The position numbers and the translations under genes were made by a program. DNA of 64,000 nucleotides from Bacteroidetes bacterium GWB2_32_14 (lineage in GTDB: Bacteria; Bacteroidota; Bacteroidia; Bacteroidales; UBA12077): contig MENK01000001.1 in assembly GCA_001768235.1 (NCBI GenBank), forward strand, positions 82,267 to 146,266, written 5' to 3'. Each line of letters begins with the position of its first letter. Positions within the stretch are counted from its first letter, which is position 1. Positions 43,706 to 54,610 of the stretch are shown here, piece after piece. The notes beneath the pieces were generated by a model that did no database searches, was not told the origin of the DNA, and saw only the letters and a program-made list of their open reading frames with translations.

Positions 43706-46186
43706 CTAATCTTTATTTTCTTTAGTGATCCATTTATTAATTAGTAAAAACAGGTTTTCTTTTTTTATTGGTTTTGTAATATATTCGTCTCCACCTGCAT
43801 CAAAGCTTAATTTTTCGTCATTCTGCATTGCATGGGCTGTTTGAATAATAATAGGAATTTCAGGATTAAAATTTTTAATACGCGTTGTAGCTTCAAGCCC
43901 GTTCATTCCTGGCATTTTAATATCCATCAATATTAAATCTATTTTTTGATGCCCTTTGCAAATTTCTAAAGCTTCAAATCCATTTTCAGCTTTTAAAAGG
44001 TTTAATCCCTTATTTTTTAATAGTATCTCGAGAAATTTATAGTTGCTGTCTTCATCCTCGGCAATTAATATGGTTTTATTTTTCCATAAAGAAAAATCAG
44101 AAATCATTTCTGAGTCTTTATGTATAAGCTTAATGTTATTAAAATCGGGCAAGTTTAAAGGTAAGTTAAAATAAAATGTTGTTCCTTTTTTGGGAACGGA
44201 TTCAAGCCATATTTTCCCACCTAACCGCTCAATAAGATTTTTAGTTATTGTAAGTCCTAAACCTGTTCCGCGGTATAATTTTGATTTATCGTTTTCTATT
44301 TTTATAAAACTCTGGAAAATTTCATCGTATTTTTCTTTATCAATTCCAATGCCTGTATCTTTTATATAAAACTCAATTTTGGTATCGTTTTCTTTAACCA
44401 GGTAACCAAGCTCAATCGTTCCGTTATCGGTAAATTTAAATGCATTATCAATTAAATTAGTAAGTATTTGTTTAAGCCTGAACGGGTCTGTCTTTAACTT
44501 TAAATTTTGATTAATTATTTTTTTATTTACCTTGAAATTAATATGTGTTTTATTAATCTTTTTTCGGGTCTCGTTATAAAATTCGACTAGTTCTTGAATA
44601 ATTAAATTCATATTTGTTTCCCGTATTGAAACCGAAAGCTGGTTTGCTTCAATCTTTGCCAGGTCTATTATGTCATCAATTAAATGGAGCAAAGTATCGC
44701 AATTGTTGTTAATATGAGAGACAAGTTCTTCGCGTTCGTTTACATCAGTGTTATAATCAACAAGTAGGTCGGAAAAACCGATGATAGCATTCATTGGAGT
44801 TCTTATTTCATGCGACATGTTTGCTAAAAATGATGATTTTAAACGGTCAGACTCTTCTGCTTTTTCTTTTGCCAGTTTCAAATCAATCTCGGTTTTATAT
44901 CGTTTGGTAATATCATGGCAGATGCCAACTATTCCTAATGGATTTTCATTTTCATCGGTAAAAGGTACTTTTAATATGTCGAGTAAAAATTCTTGCCCAT
45001 CGGTATTCTTCTCCCACGATTCAAAACGAATGCTTGTATTTTCAGAAATTAATTTAAAATCGGTTTCAAAAAAATATTGAGCCTGTTCGTTAGGGAAAAG
45101 GTCAAAATCAGTCTTTTCTTTAATATTATCGAACTGCAAATTATAGAACCTGGCAAAAGCCTGATTACAACCTAAATATTTGTTGAATTTATCTTTGTAA
45201 AAAATTAAATCGGGGATGGAATTAATCATGGAGTTAAGCAGCGATTTTTCTTTAATGAGTTCCTCTTCAGCTCTTTTTCGTTCGTGCAATTCGAGTTGCA
45301 GTTCCGATGTTTTTGCAGCAACTTGTTTTCTTAACGACCACGACCAGAAAATTATTGAAATCAGGATAAATCCAAATGGAATGAGTATCCATGCAATTAT
45401 TGTATAAACTTTGGTTTTGATATCAGATTTTTCATATATGCCAAACCATTTATCATAAATCAGGTCGTACTCTCCGGTTGCTTTAATAATTTGTAACCCA
45501 TCATTTAATTGGGCAACTAACTCTGGTTTGTCTTTATTTATTCCAAATGCAAGCTCAAGAGGTTGAATTGCAGAACCTACAGGTTTAAGGTTCGTGAGAT
45601 TAAACTCGTTTATTGCAAATTGGCCCTGAAGTTTATTTATCATGGCACAATCATATTCTCCGGCAGAAAGAAGCCTTAAAGCAGTTTGATAATCTTTTAC
45701 AGGAATAATGAATTCTGTTAAGCGATTTGAAACTATGTAGTCATGCATTATATCGCCTTTAACAACAATCACTTGTTTGCCGCTAATATCATCTATTGAA
45801 TTTATTTCTTCTCCTTTTCGAACAAACAAAGAGTGAGAAATATAAACATAAGTTGTAGAAAAACGAATAACTCTGCTTCGTTCGGGTGAAGGAGACATTG
45901 CTGTAAGTCCGTCAATTTTGCCTGATTCTAATTCGGCCCTTACTGTACTCCATGGCCCTAACTCAATTTTAATATTTAAACCCATTGTTCTTGCAACAGC
46001 ATGCAATAATTCTACACTAAACCCATCAGGCTGGTTTTGATTATTAATTAGCTGATACGGAGGATATTCATTGTTACCCTTAAAATACAACGTGTCGTTA
46101 TTGTAACAAAAAGCCTGAATATTTGCAAAAGGAATGATGAAAAAAAAGAGGGAGATTATTGAAATTCTAAGGCTCATATGAATCAT
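43706..46186 (-). CDS. Hybrid sensor histidine kinase/response regulator with a periplasmic solute-binding-like sensor and a PAS domain
   Basis: Signal/TM, SBP_bac_3-like domain, TM, PAS, H-box 'FLANMSHEIRTPMN', 'NLIDNAFKFT', 'DTGIGI', 'GTGLGL', then a receiver ('LMDIKMPGMNG'). Confidence 0.85.
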   Translation of the reverse strand: MIHMSLRISIISLFFFIIPFANIQAFCYNNDTLYFKGNNEYPPYQLINNQNQPDGFSVELLHAVARTMGLNIKIELGPWSTVRAELESGKIDGLTAMSPSPERSRVIRFSTTYVYISHSLFVRKGEEINSIDDISGKQVIVVKGDIMHDYIVSNRLTEFIIPVKDYQTALRLLSAGEYDCAMINKLQGQFAINEFNLTNLKPVGSAIQPLELAFGINKDKPELVAQLNDGLQIIKATGEYDLIYDKWFGIYEKSDIKTKVYTIIAWILIPFGFILISIIFWSWSLRKQVAAKTSELQLELHERKRAEEELIKEKSLLNSMINSIPDLIFYKDKFNKYLGCNQAFARFYNLQFDNIKEKTDFDLFPNEQAQYFFETDFKLISENTSIRFESWEKNTDGQEFLLDILKVPFTDENENPLGIVGICHDITKRYKTEIDLKLAKEKAEESDRLKSSFLANMSHEIRTPMNAIIGFSDLLVDYNTDVNEREELVSHINNNCDTLLHLIDDIIDLAKIEANQLSVSIRETNMNLIIQELVEFYNETRKKINKTHINFKVNKKIINQNLKLKTDPFRLKQILTNLIDNAFKFTDNGTIELGYLVKENDTKIEFYIKDTGIGIDKEKYDEIFQSFIKIENDKSKLYRGTGLGLTITKNLIERLGGKIWLESVPKKGTTFYFNLPLNLPDFNNIKLIHKDSEMISDFSLWKNKTILIAEDEDSNYKFLEILLKNKGLNLLKAENGFEALEICKGHQKIDLILMDIKMPGMNGLEATTRIKNFNPEIPIIIQTAHAMQNDEKLSFDAGGDEYITKPIKKENLFLLINKWITKENKD

Positions 46187-46315
46187 GCAGTATTTGAAAA
46201 AAATAGAATTAACTCTTTATACGTTACGTTACAAATAAAAGTTGTTACTATATTTGTTACCGTTTAAGCATAAAACCAGATGCATGTGATTTAATATTAG
46301 AATGGAGCTAATTTT

Positions 46316-47473
46316 ATGAGAAATATAACAATCAATTATATCCTGTTTATATTATTAATTTTGTGTTCTTGTAAAGAAAAAACAAGCCAGAATGAAAATG
46401 TTTTTTCTAAGGCAAACAGTTTATTAGAGTGTGATATTAAATACGCCAAAGGTTTTAAAATAGAGCATTATGCAAATTTTAAATTAATAACAATTACCGA
46501 TCCCTGGCAAGGCGCTAAAAATATTCAATATAGATATGTTTTAGCCGATGATATTTCTGGTTTACCCCGGTTCCCTGATGATATTAAATTAATTAAAACA
46601 CCTGTATCCAGAGTTGTTTGTTTATCAACTACTCATATAGCTTTTATTGATATTTTAAATAAAAACAACTCTATAGTAGGCGTATCAGGTACTCAATATG
46701 TTTATAATCCTGCCGTAAGAAATGAAATAAACAATCATAAAATTGTTGATGTAGGATATGATAATAATCTGAATTATGAATTAATTGCCAGCTTAAAACC
46801 CGATTTAGTTATTACTTATGGTGTTGGAAGTCAGGTTGCCGGGTATAATCAGAAATTAAGTGAGCTTGGTATAAATACCGTGATAAATGCAGAATACCTG
46901 GAGGAACATCCTTTAGGCAAACTCGAGTGGATTAAATTTATAGCGACATTTTATAATCTTGGTGATTCTGCTTCAGATTATTTTAATAATGTGGAAAAAC
47001 AATACAACGAATTGGTAAGACTTACATCAGGCTTAGAAAAGAAACCAGAAGTTCTGATTGGAATGCCATGGAAAGATACCTGGTATGTACCTGGTGGAAA
47101 ATCGTACATGGCCAAATTGGTTGAAGATGCAGGAGGAGATTATATTTGGAGTGATAACGAATCAAGAGAAAGCCTGGCTTTAGATATTGAACGGGTATTT
47201 GCTCTTGGACAAAATGCTGAAATTTGGCTGAATACTGGGAGCATTAATAATAAAAAGGAAATTCTTACTATTGATGAACGTTTTCAACGTTTTGCCCCAT
47301 ATAAAAATGGCCACATATTCAATAATAACAACAGGATAAATAATTTTGGAGGAATTGATTATTGGGAATCAGGCATAGTTAATCCGCATGTTATTTTACA
47401 CGACATGATTTCTATTTTTCATCCGGAACTTTTAACTGATTGTAAGCTGGTGTATTATAAAGCGATAGATTAA
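46316..47473 (+). CDS. ABC transporter periplasmic binding lipoprotein (BtuF/FhuD-like, iron-siderophore/cobalamin class)
   Basis: Lipobox 'LILCSC'. 'VVCLSTTHIAFI' and 'KPDLVITYG' are typical of class III binding proteins. First gene of a binding-protein/permease/ATPase operon. Confidence 0.75.
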   Translation: MRNITINYILFILLILCSCKEKTSQNENVFSKANSLLECDIKYAKGFKIEHYANFKLITITDPWQGAKNIQYRYVLADDISGLPRFPDDIKLIKTPVSRVVCLSTTHIAFIDILNKNNSIVGVSGTQYVYNPAVRNEINNHKIVDVGYDNNLNYELIASLKPDLVITYGVGSQVAGYNQKLSELGINTVINAEYLEEHPLGKLEWIKFIATFYNLGDSASDYFNNVEKQYNELVRLTSGLEKKPEVLIGMPWKDTWYVPGGKSYMAKLVEDAGGDYIWSDNESRESLALDIERVFALGQNAEIWLNTGSINNKKEILTIDERFQRFAPYKNGHIFNNNNRINNFGGIDYWESGIVNPHVILHDMISIFHPELLTDCKLVYYKAID

Positions 47474-47544
47474 ATGTAAATTGAATGAAATCAGATTCGG
47501 TATTTTGTTTAAATTTGTTTTCTCATTTTATCTATTAAAAAATC

Positions 47545-48579
47545 TTGAAATCGAATTTTAAAACATTTCTTGTTTGGGCTTTTCTTATTATAATATTATT
47601 TACATTATTTGTATTCGATATTTTTTTAGGTTCTGTAAAAATTCCTTTTAGAGAAATATTTCATATACTTTTTACCGGGAAATCTGAATATTCAGAATAT
47701 TCTGCCATTGTATTGTATTTCCGTATTCCCAAAGCTTTAACTGCCTTATTTGCCGGATTTGCATTATCAGTAAGTGGGTTACAAATGCAGACAATATTTA
47801 AGAACCCGTTGGCCGGGCCTTATGTATTGGGAATAAGTGCAGGTGCAAGCCTGGGTGTTGCCATACTCGTATTGGGAGTCTCATCATTTACTGTAATTAA
47901 TCAGTTTGGAGTTATTGGAAACTGGTTAATTGTAATAGCTGCATGGATTGGTTCCGGTTTGATTTTATTCCTGATTTTAGCAATTTCCGTGAGGGTTAAA
48001 GATATCATGACGATTCTTATTTTAGGTATAATGTTTGGCAGTGCAACAACTTCAATTGTAAGTATTTTACAATATTTTAGCAGCGAAAGTATGCTAAAAG
48101 CATTTGTTATTTGGACAATGGGTAGCCTGGGAGGTGTTTCAAAATCACAACTTTTTGTATTAATTCCAAGTGTTAGTATTGGACTAATTATGGCTTTTTT
48201 ATCAGTAAAAATGTTAAATGCAATGCTCGTGGGGGAGAATTATGCTAAGAGCATGGGCTTAAACATTAAACTATCACGTTTTTTTGTGTTTTTTAGTACA
48301 AGTCTTTTGGCTGGAAGCATTACTGCATTTTGCGGGCCAATAGGATTTATTGGCATTGCTGTTCCTCATATTGCCCGAATGATTTTTAAAACAGCGAATC
48401 ATAAGATTCTTCTTCCTGGTACAATGCTTATAGGTGGAAGTGTTCTTCTTTTTAGTGATATGATTTCTCAGTTACCCGGGAAAGAAAGTTCTTTGCCAAT
48501 TAATTCAATAACTGCACTGGTTGGTATTCCTATAGTTATCTGGATTATAATTCGCAAGCAAAAATTTTCAACTATGTAA
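47545..48579 (+). CDS. FecCD/BtuC-family ABC permease
   Basis: About ten TM helices. 'AGFALSVSGLQMQTIFKNPLAGPYVLGIS' and 'GPIGFIGIAVPHIAR' motifs. Confidence 0.85.
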   Translation: MKSNFKTFLVWAFLIIILFTLFVFDIFLGSVKIPFREIFHILFTGKSEYSEYSAIVLYFRIPKALTALFAGFALSVSGLQMQTIFKNPLAGPYVLGISAGASLGVAILVLGVSSFTVINQFGVIGNWLIVIAAWIGSGLILFLILAISVRVKDIMTILILGIMFGSATTSIVSILQYFSSESMLKAFVIWTMGSLGGVSKSQLFVLIPSVSIGLIMAFLSVKMLNAMLVGENYAKSMGLNIKLSRFFVFFSTSLLAGSITAFCGPIGFIGIAVPHIARMIFKTANHKILLPGTMLIGGSVLLFSDMISQLPGKESSLPINSITALVGIPIVIWIIIRKQKFSTM

Positions 48580-49610
48580 TGCTTAATATGGAAACAAGAA
48601 AACATATTTTGGAAATTCATAACCTCGAAATTGGATATCATATTTCCAAAAGAATACATAATTCTCTGGTTTCAAATATTAACTTAACTGCATCTGAAGG
48701 CGAACTTATTGCCGTAATCGGAAAAAACGGAGTAGGAAAGAGCACCTTATTACGAAATATTGCCGGGTTGCAAAATTCCATACAAGGTGATATTTTATTA
48801 AACAAAAAAAATATAATCGGATATTCCCGCGCTGATTTTGCAAGGTTGGTCAGCTTTGTTTCTACAGAAATAGTAAATATTAATAACCTGAGAGTTTTCG
48901 ATCTGGTTGCTCTTGGCAGGTTTCCGCATACCAATTGGTTTGGGAAGCTGGAAACAAAAGATTTGAAAAGTGTATCGAAAGCATTGGAAATGGTGGGCAT
49001 GAAAAGTTTTGTAAACAAAAACATTAACGAAATATCTGATGGGGAACGCCAGCGGGTTATGATAGCCCGTACTTTAGCCCAGGATACTCCTGTTATTGTT
49101 CTCGACGAACCTACGGCTTTTCTCGATTTGCCAAATAAATATGAAATAGTTCATTTGCTGAACAATTTATCGAAAACCGAAAATAAAACCATTATTTTCT
49201 CAACTCACGATTTGAATATTGCCATTCAGGAAACCGACAAAATATGGCTAATGCTTAACGATAGTATAATTGAAGGAGCACCCGAAGACCTGATTCTGAA
49301 CGAAACATTTAACCAGATTTTCGATAATTCAAAATTAAGTTTTGATAGAGTAAAAGGTGATTTCAGGATGAAACGAAAATATACTGAAAAGATAGGCTTG
49401 TTTGGTGAAGGTATTTATTATACCTGGACTAAGAAAGCTCTTGAACGCATGAACTTTACAGTAGAAAAGGGGAATGATTCAATTGAACATGTAGTTGTTG
49501 AGCAGAATAATGAAATTGTTATATGGAAACTTATTGATACGAATGAAATTCTTGAATTTAATTCTATTTACAACTTGTCGAATCATTTGAAAAACGGCAG
49601 AAACCCATAG
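48579..49610 (+). CDS. ABC transporter ATPase (FecE/BtuD-like) with an extra ~90-aa C-terminal domain
   Basis: Walker A 'GKNGVGKST', signature 'ISDGERQR', Walker B 'IVLDEPTAFLD'. Start overlaps the permease stop. Confidence 0.85.
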   Translation: MLNMETRKHILEIHNLEIGYHISKRIHNSLVSNINLTASEGELIAVIGKNGVGKSTLLRNIAGLQNSIQGDILLNKKNIIGYSRADFARLVSFVSTEIVNINNLRVFDLVALGRFPHTNWFGKLETKDLKSVSKALEMVGMKSFVNKNINEISDGERQRVMIARTLAQDTPVIVLDEPTAFLDLPNKYEIVHLLNNLSKTENKTIIFSTHDLNIAIQETDKIWLMLNDSIIEGAPEDLILNETFNQIFDNSKLSFDRVKGDFRMKRKYTEKIGLFGEGIYYTWTKKALERMNFTVEKGNDSIEHVVVEQNNEIVIWKLIDTNEILEFNSIYNLSNHLKNGRNP

Positions 49611-49707
49611 TGAAACAAAAATAAAACCCGCCAACTAAAATGAACCTCAAAATGTGGGGTGCAGATTAAACCGGGCGGGTTTTATTTTTAATATTTACTC
49701 AGGAATA

Positions 49708-51165
49708 TTACTCGTTTTCCTGTGTTGTAAAATCAATCTCGGAGATTTTCTTTTTCCCAAGTTCAATATTTAAAATATTTTCGACGGTTTCAGCTCCAAT
49801 CCGTTTAGCAACTATTTTTTTATCCTTATCGAGCAGGTAAAGGGTAGGAGTACTGTACACATTATAGAAAAAGCGAAAATTAGTCAGGTTGTATGGATCC
49901 CAGCAATTAATCCAGTCAATATGATTTTCTTCAATATATTTCATCCATTCTGTTTTATCAGCCTGAGTATATACTGCAAGTACTTCAAACTCATTCCGGT
50001 CGAACTTATTGTAAATTTCCCAAACCTGTGGAACAACTTTTTTACAATGGCCACAATCAGGTTCCCAAAACATAAGCAATGTAAACTTTGCTTTTATTTC
50101 GCTTAACCGTGCATATTCTCCTGTAACAGTTTCCATTTTTAAATCCTGGGCAATACCCCCGATTAAGTTAAATTTAAGTTTTGCAACTTGTTCGCGAAGC
50201 TTAGTCAACGTTTCTTTATCAAGCCAGTTTACTTTTCCAGATAAATAGTAAGTTTCGGCAACATGTACAAAAACCTTGTCCATTCCCATGATGGTACTTT
50301 GCTGAAAAGTATTTATAAAATAGCGCATTACATATTGAAAAACTTCATCGTTTGCCGATGCTTTTTTGGCAACAATATCAATATATTTATTAATAGTATC
50401 GGGATTTTGTACAAGAACTTTTGTGAAGTAATATTCTATTTTATTATGCAATATGGGTGTTCTCAATAACCTGTTATCTGCAAGGTTAATATTATCGAAA
50501 TAATGATTTTGATTGAAGTTGTATGAATGAAACCATTTAACGGAATCTTTATTCTGAATACTTTCAGGAACTTCAATTTCAGGTATTTCAATTCCTATCA
50601 TTGCTTTAATTATCGATTCTAAAAGTGTCCCGGGGTTTTCGGTAATGAGTTTGTTCCACTCCTTTTTAACTTCCATGTCCAGGCCTTTTAATTGATCTTG
50701 TAATATCACTAATGTATCAGCATTCATATAGTTTTCTTTCATTTTTTGCTGAATAACCTGTGATTTCTCATTCATCGTGATCATATAATCCTGGTACGCT
50801 TTAAAAGCCGTATTTTCTTTGGAGCCTTTAACCTGCATTCTTTTTAATAAATCGTCTTTGTTGGATTCAATTGAGAATTCCTGGTCAGAACCAATTAATA
50901 TTTCAAAATAATTTTTTGATGGCAATACAACCAGGTAAATTCCCTGAGGTAAAAGCGAATCTCCTTTAAAAACTCCTTCACCTTTAGTATCCAATTTTAT
51001 GGTATCGTCCAGGTATTGTTTATTGCCATAGTGGTGTGCCAGGTAAATATCCGTATCGCTTAATCCGTTAATCTTTATATTGATGTTATGTTTTTGAGCT
51101 GTGGCCGTACAAGCTCCAAAAAGAATAGTGATAAATGCAAATACGATTGATTTTTTTATATTCAT
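49708..51165 (-). CDS. TlpA/thioredoxin-like thiol:disulfide oxidoreductase lipoprotein with a large N-terminal domain
   Basis: Lipobox 'LFGAC' and C-terminal redoxin fold with 'WEPDCGHCKK'. Confidence 0.75.
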   Translation of the reverse strand: MNIKKSIVFAFITILFGACTATAQKHNINIKINGLSDTDIYLAHHYGNKQYLDDTIKLDTKGEGVFKGDSLLPQGIYLVVLPSKNYFEILIGSDQEFSIESNKDDLLKRMQVKGSKENTAFKAYQDYMITMNEKSQVIQQKMKENYMNADTLVILQDQLKGLDMEVKKEWNKLITENPGTLLESIIKAMIGIEIPEIEVPESIQNKDSVKWFHSYNFNQNHYFDNINLADNRLLRTPILHNKIEYYFTKVLVQNPDTINKYIDIVAKKASANDEVFQYVMRYFINTFQQSTIMGMDKVFVHVAETYYLSGKVNWLDKETLTKLREQVAKLKFNLIGGIAQDLKMETVTGEYARLSEIKAKFTLLMFWEPDCGHCKKVVPQVWEIYNKFDRNEFEVLAVYTQADKTEWMKYIEENHIDWINCWDPYNLTNFRFFYNVYSTPTLYLLDKDKKIVAKRIGAETVENILNIELGKKKISEIDFTTQENE

Positions 51166-51356
51166 AATTGTATTTTTTTAATTCAACCAACAAATATATT
51201 TAATATTTTAAATACTTATTCACTGTTTCGTTTAATCTTAAACACGAACGATTCTAAAACGTTTTTAGTTCAATTATAATATTCTTATATGTTTATTTTA
51301 ATCATATGATTATCTTTGTTCGCTTAAAAATAAAGTTTAATAATTTGTATGTTTTT

Positions 51357-53150
51357 ATGAATATTGAAATGCAATTGAAGGATAAGGTTTTGGAAGCTGT
51401 TCAACATATTTATAGCCAGCAGGTTGATGAAAGTGCGATTCAAATCCAGAAAACAAGAAAAGATTTTGAAGGTGATTTTACCCTGGTTGTATTTCCATTG
51501 TTAAGGGTTTCAAAAAAACCACCTGAACAAACGGCTGAAGAAATTGGAAAATATCTGTGCGATAATATTCATGAAATTAGCGGGTATAATGTAATTAAAG
51601 GGTTTCTGAATCTTACTTTAAATAGTAGTTTCTGGGTTTTATTCTTGAATAATGTAGCAGGCAAAGAGCATTATGGATATATAACTGAAAAAGAAAATCC
51701 AAGTACTGTTCTGATTGAATATTCATCGCCAAATACAAACAAACCGTTACATCTTGGGCATATACGCAACAATTTGTTAGGATATGCAGTGGCAAATATA
51801 ATCGCCTCGCAAGGCGATAAGGCTATAAAAGTTAATCTTGTAAACGATCGCGGAATACATATTTGCAAATCAATGCTGGCCTGGCAAAAGTGGGGCAATG
51901 GAATAACTCCCGAAAAAGCAGGTAAAAAAGGCGATCATTTGGTAGGTGATTTCTATGTTATGTTCGATAAGGAATATAAAATACAAATTGAAGAACTAAT
52001 AGAAAAGGGACAAACTGAAGAAGAAGCAAAGAAAAATGCCCCACTAATTATTGAGGCACAGGATATGCTTCGAAAGTGGGAAGCAAAAGACTCTTCAACG
52101 ATTGCCTTGTGGAAAGAAATGAACCATTGGGTTTTACGAGGTTTCGATGTTACCTATAAAAACCTGGGAATAGATTTTGATAAAGTATATTTCGAATCGG
52201 ACACGTATAAGCTTGGAAAAGAAATTGTTCAGGAAGGATTAAAAAAGGGAGTTTTCTTTAAAAAAGACGATGGTTCGGTTTGGGTTGATTTAACCGATGA
52301 AGGACTCGATCAGAAATTACTTCTTCGTGCCGATGGTACATCTGTTTATATAACCCAGGATATTGGCACGGCCCACCAGCGTTTTGATGATTTTAAAGCA
52401 AATGAACTGATATATGTAGTTGGAAATGAGCAAAACTATCATTTTCAGGTATTAAAACTCATCATGCAAAAATTGGGATATTCATTCTCTGAATATTTAT
52501 TTCATCTTTCGTATGGTATGGTTGAGTTGCCCGAAGGTAAAATGAAATCGCGCGAAGGAACAGTAGTTGATGCTGATGATTTAATGGAAGAAATGATTCG
52601 AACAGCCGAAGAAATGTCACGCGAATTAGGTAAGCTCGATGATTATGGCGAAAACGAGAAAAATCAAATAATAAGAACAATTGGACTTGGAGCATTAAAA
52701 TATTTTATTCTCAAGGTTGATCCGAAAAAAAATATGACTTTTGACCCGAAAGAATCGATTGATTTTAATGGAAATACCGGTCCATTTATTCAATACAGCT
52801 ATGCACGAATCCGATCGTTAATTAAAAAAGCTCAGGCAAAAGAAATTCAAATACCTGCTGAAATACCTTCAGTAATCGATATTAATATAAAAGAACTTCA
52901 GTTAATTAAACTCATTCATACTTATCCCGAGATTTTATACGAGGCATCTGAAAACCTAAGTCCTGCAATTGTTGCCAATTATATTTATGAAATGGCAAAG
53001 GAATACAATCAGTTTTATCATGAATACCCTATTCTTAGCGAAGAAAAAGCTGGTATCTCTGTTTTCAGGTTATTCCTTTCTTTACAAGTTGGGAAAATTA
53101 TTCAATCAGGAATGAGTTTGCTCGGAATAGATGTTCCCGAACGCATGTAG
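51357..53150 (+). CDS. argS: Arginine--tRNA ligase
   Basis: 'SSPNTNKPLHLGHIRN' (HIGH) and 'MKSREG' (KMSKS-like), plus a DALR anticodon-binding C-terminus. ATG 51357 is preferred over 51306. Confidence 0.9.
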   Translation: MNIEMQLKDKVLEAVQHIYSQQVDESAIQIQKTRKDFEGDFTLVVFPLLRVSKKPPEQTAEEIGKYLCDNIHEISGYNVIKGFLNLTLNSSFWVLFLNNVAGKEHYGYITEKENPSTVLIEYSSPNTNKPLHLGHIRNNLLGYAVANIIASQGDKAIKVNLVNDRGIHICKSMLAWQKWGNGITPEKAGKKGDHLVGDFYVMFDKEYKIQIEELIEKGQTEEEAKKNAPLIIEAQDMLRKWEAKDSSTIALWKEMNHWVLRGFDVTYKNLGIDFDKVYFESDTYKLGKEIVQEGLKKGVFFKKDDGSVWVDLTDEGLDQKLLLRADGTSVYITQDIGTAHQRFDDFKANELIYVVGNEQNYHFQVLKLIMQKLGYSFSEYLFHLSYGMVELPEGKMKSREGTVVDADDLMEEMIRTAEEMSRELGKLDDYGENEKNQIIRTIGLGALKYFILKVDPKKNMTFDPKESIDFNGNTGPFIQYSYARIRSLIKKAQAKEIQIPAEIPSVIDINIKELQLIKLIHTYPEILYEASENLSPAIVANYIYEMAKEYNQFYHEYPILSEEKAGISVFRLFLSLQVGKIIQSGMSLLGIDVPERM

Positions 53151-53221
53151 TCCTGTTTATTATTGCTTGCAGGTAGTATTTTTTATTGTATTTTTGCACA
53201 AGTTAAAAATGGTTTTAATAT

Positions 53222-54553
53222 ATGTTTGAAAATTTATCGGAACGGCTGGAGAAGTCGTTTAAATTATTAAAAGGTGAAGGAAGAATTTCGGAAATAAATG
53301 TTGCCGAGACACTTAAAGAAGTTCGTCGCGCGTTACTCGATGCCGATGTAAACTATAAAATTGCCAAAACATTCACCGATACAGTTAAACAGAAAGCCCT
53401 GGGACAGAATGTACTTTCTGCTTTAAAACCAGGCCAGGTAATGGTTAAAATTGTTCATGATGAGCTTGTCGAACTCATGGGTGGGCAAACAATGGATATT
53501 AATCTTAAAGGTAATCCAACAGTAATATTAATTGCAGGTTTACAGGGTTCAGGTAAAACAACTTTTTCAGGAAAACTTGCAAAATACCTGAAATCTAAAA
53601 AACAAAAAAGCCCGTTGTTGGTAGCCTGCGACATATATCGCCCCGCGGCTATCGAACAGCTAAGAGTTTTAGGAGAGCAAATACAGGTTCCCGTATATAC
53701 TGAAGAAGGAAGTAAAGATCCTGTTCAAATTGCAAAGAATGCAATAAAGCAAGCTAAAAAAGACGGACAAAACCTGGTAATTGTCGATACTGCCGGTCGT
53801 TTAGCCATTGATGAGCAAATGATGAACGAGATAGCGGCAATCAAAAAAGCAATCGAACCACAAGAGATTTTATTCGTTGTCGATTCTATGACAGGGCAGG
53901 ATGCTGTAAATACGGCTAAGGAATTCAACGACAGGCTTGATTTCGACGGTGTTGTCCTTACGAAACTCGATGGTGATACCCGTGGTGGTGCTGCATTATC
54001 AATTCGTTCTGTTGTTAATAAACCACTAAAATTTGTTGGTACTGGCGAAAAACTTGATGCTATTGATGTATTCCACCCTGAACGTATGGCCGACCGTATT
54101 TTAGGCATGGGTGATATTGTATCATTGGTTGAACGTGCACAGGATCAGTATAATGTTGAAGAAGCAAGAAAATTAAGTAAAAAAATTGCCAAGAATCAGT
54201 TCGATTTCAACGATTTTATTTCACAGATTGAACAAATCAAGAAAATGGGTAATTTGAAAGATTTGGCGGGCATGATTCCCGGCATGGGCAAGATGATGAA
54301 AAATATTGATATCGACGATGATGCATTTAAAGGAATTGAAGCAATTATTCATTCTATGACACCCGAAGAAAGAAATAATCCTGAATTACTAAATGGAAGT
54401 CGCCGCAAAAGAATAGCAATGGGCAGTGGAACCGACATACAGGAAGTTAATCGACTGGTAAAACAATTCGACGAGACTAAAAAAATGATGAAAATGATGA
54501 AAGATGGTAAAGGTATGTCTGGTTTGATGAGTAAAATGAAAGGAATGAGATAA
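53222..54553 (+). CDS. ffh: Signal recognition particle protein Ffh
   Basis: N/G domains ('GLQGSGKTT', 'DTAGR', 'TKLDGD') and a Met-rich M domain. Confidence 0.95.
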   Translation: MFENLSERLEKSFKLLKGEGRISEINVAETLKEVRRALLDADVNYKIAKTFTDTVKQKALGQNVLSALKPGQVMVKIVHDELVELMGGQTMDINLKGNPTVILIAGLQGSGKTTFSGKLAKYLKSKKQKSPLLVACDIYRPAAIEQLRVLGEQIQVPVYTEEGSKDPVQIAKNAIKQAKKDGQNLVIVDTAGRLAIDEQMMNEIAAIKKAIEPQEILFVVDSMTGQDAVNTAKEFNDRLDFDGVVLTKLDGDTRGGAALSIRSVVNKPLKFVGTGEKLDAIDVFHPERMADRILGMGDIVSLVERAQDQYNVEEARKLSKKIAKNQFDFNDFISQIEQIKKMGNLKDLAGMIPGMGKMMKNIDIDDDAFKGIEAIIHSMTPEERNNPELLNGSRRKRIAMGSGTDIQEVNRLVKQFDETKKMMKMMKDGKGMSGLMSKMKGMR

Positions 54554-54610
54554 TATTTTTTCCCTGAACAAAACAGTATTTTTCTGGTTTTCTCAATAAA
54601 AAGAATAATT

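Noticed and set aside
46187-46315. Possible cobalamin riboswitch upstream of the BtuF-like binding protein gene.
   Set aside because: The 130-nt leader is AT-rich. It has no B12-box-like GCCACUG element and no obvious multi-stem structure.
49623-49684. AAAACCCGCC ... GGCGGGTTTT complementary blocks after the ABC ATPase gene, as an intrinsic terminator.
   Set aside because: The stem is good, but the ~40-nt loop is atypical for an intrinsic terminator. It may still terminate or be a small element, so it is not listed as a feature.
53725-54108. Long antisense ORFs inside well-supported genes. Examples: 53725..54108 in ffh, 14663..15067, 16986..17404, 34377..34643, 37649..38053, 42418..42714, 48638..49024, 56825..57094, 10652..10978, 28835..29134 and 27988..28323.
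   Set aside because: They are shadow frames opposite genes with strong motif support, have low-complexity or odd composition, and carry no recognisable motifs.
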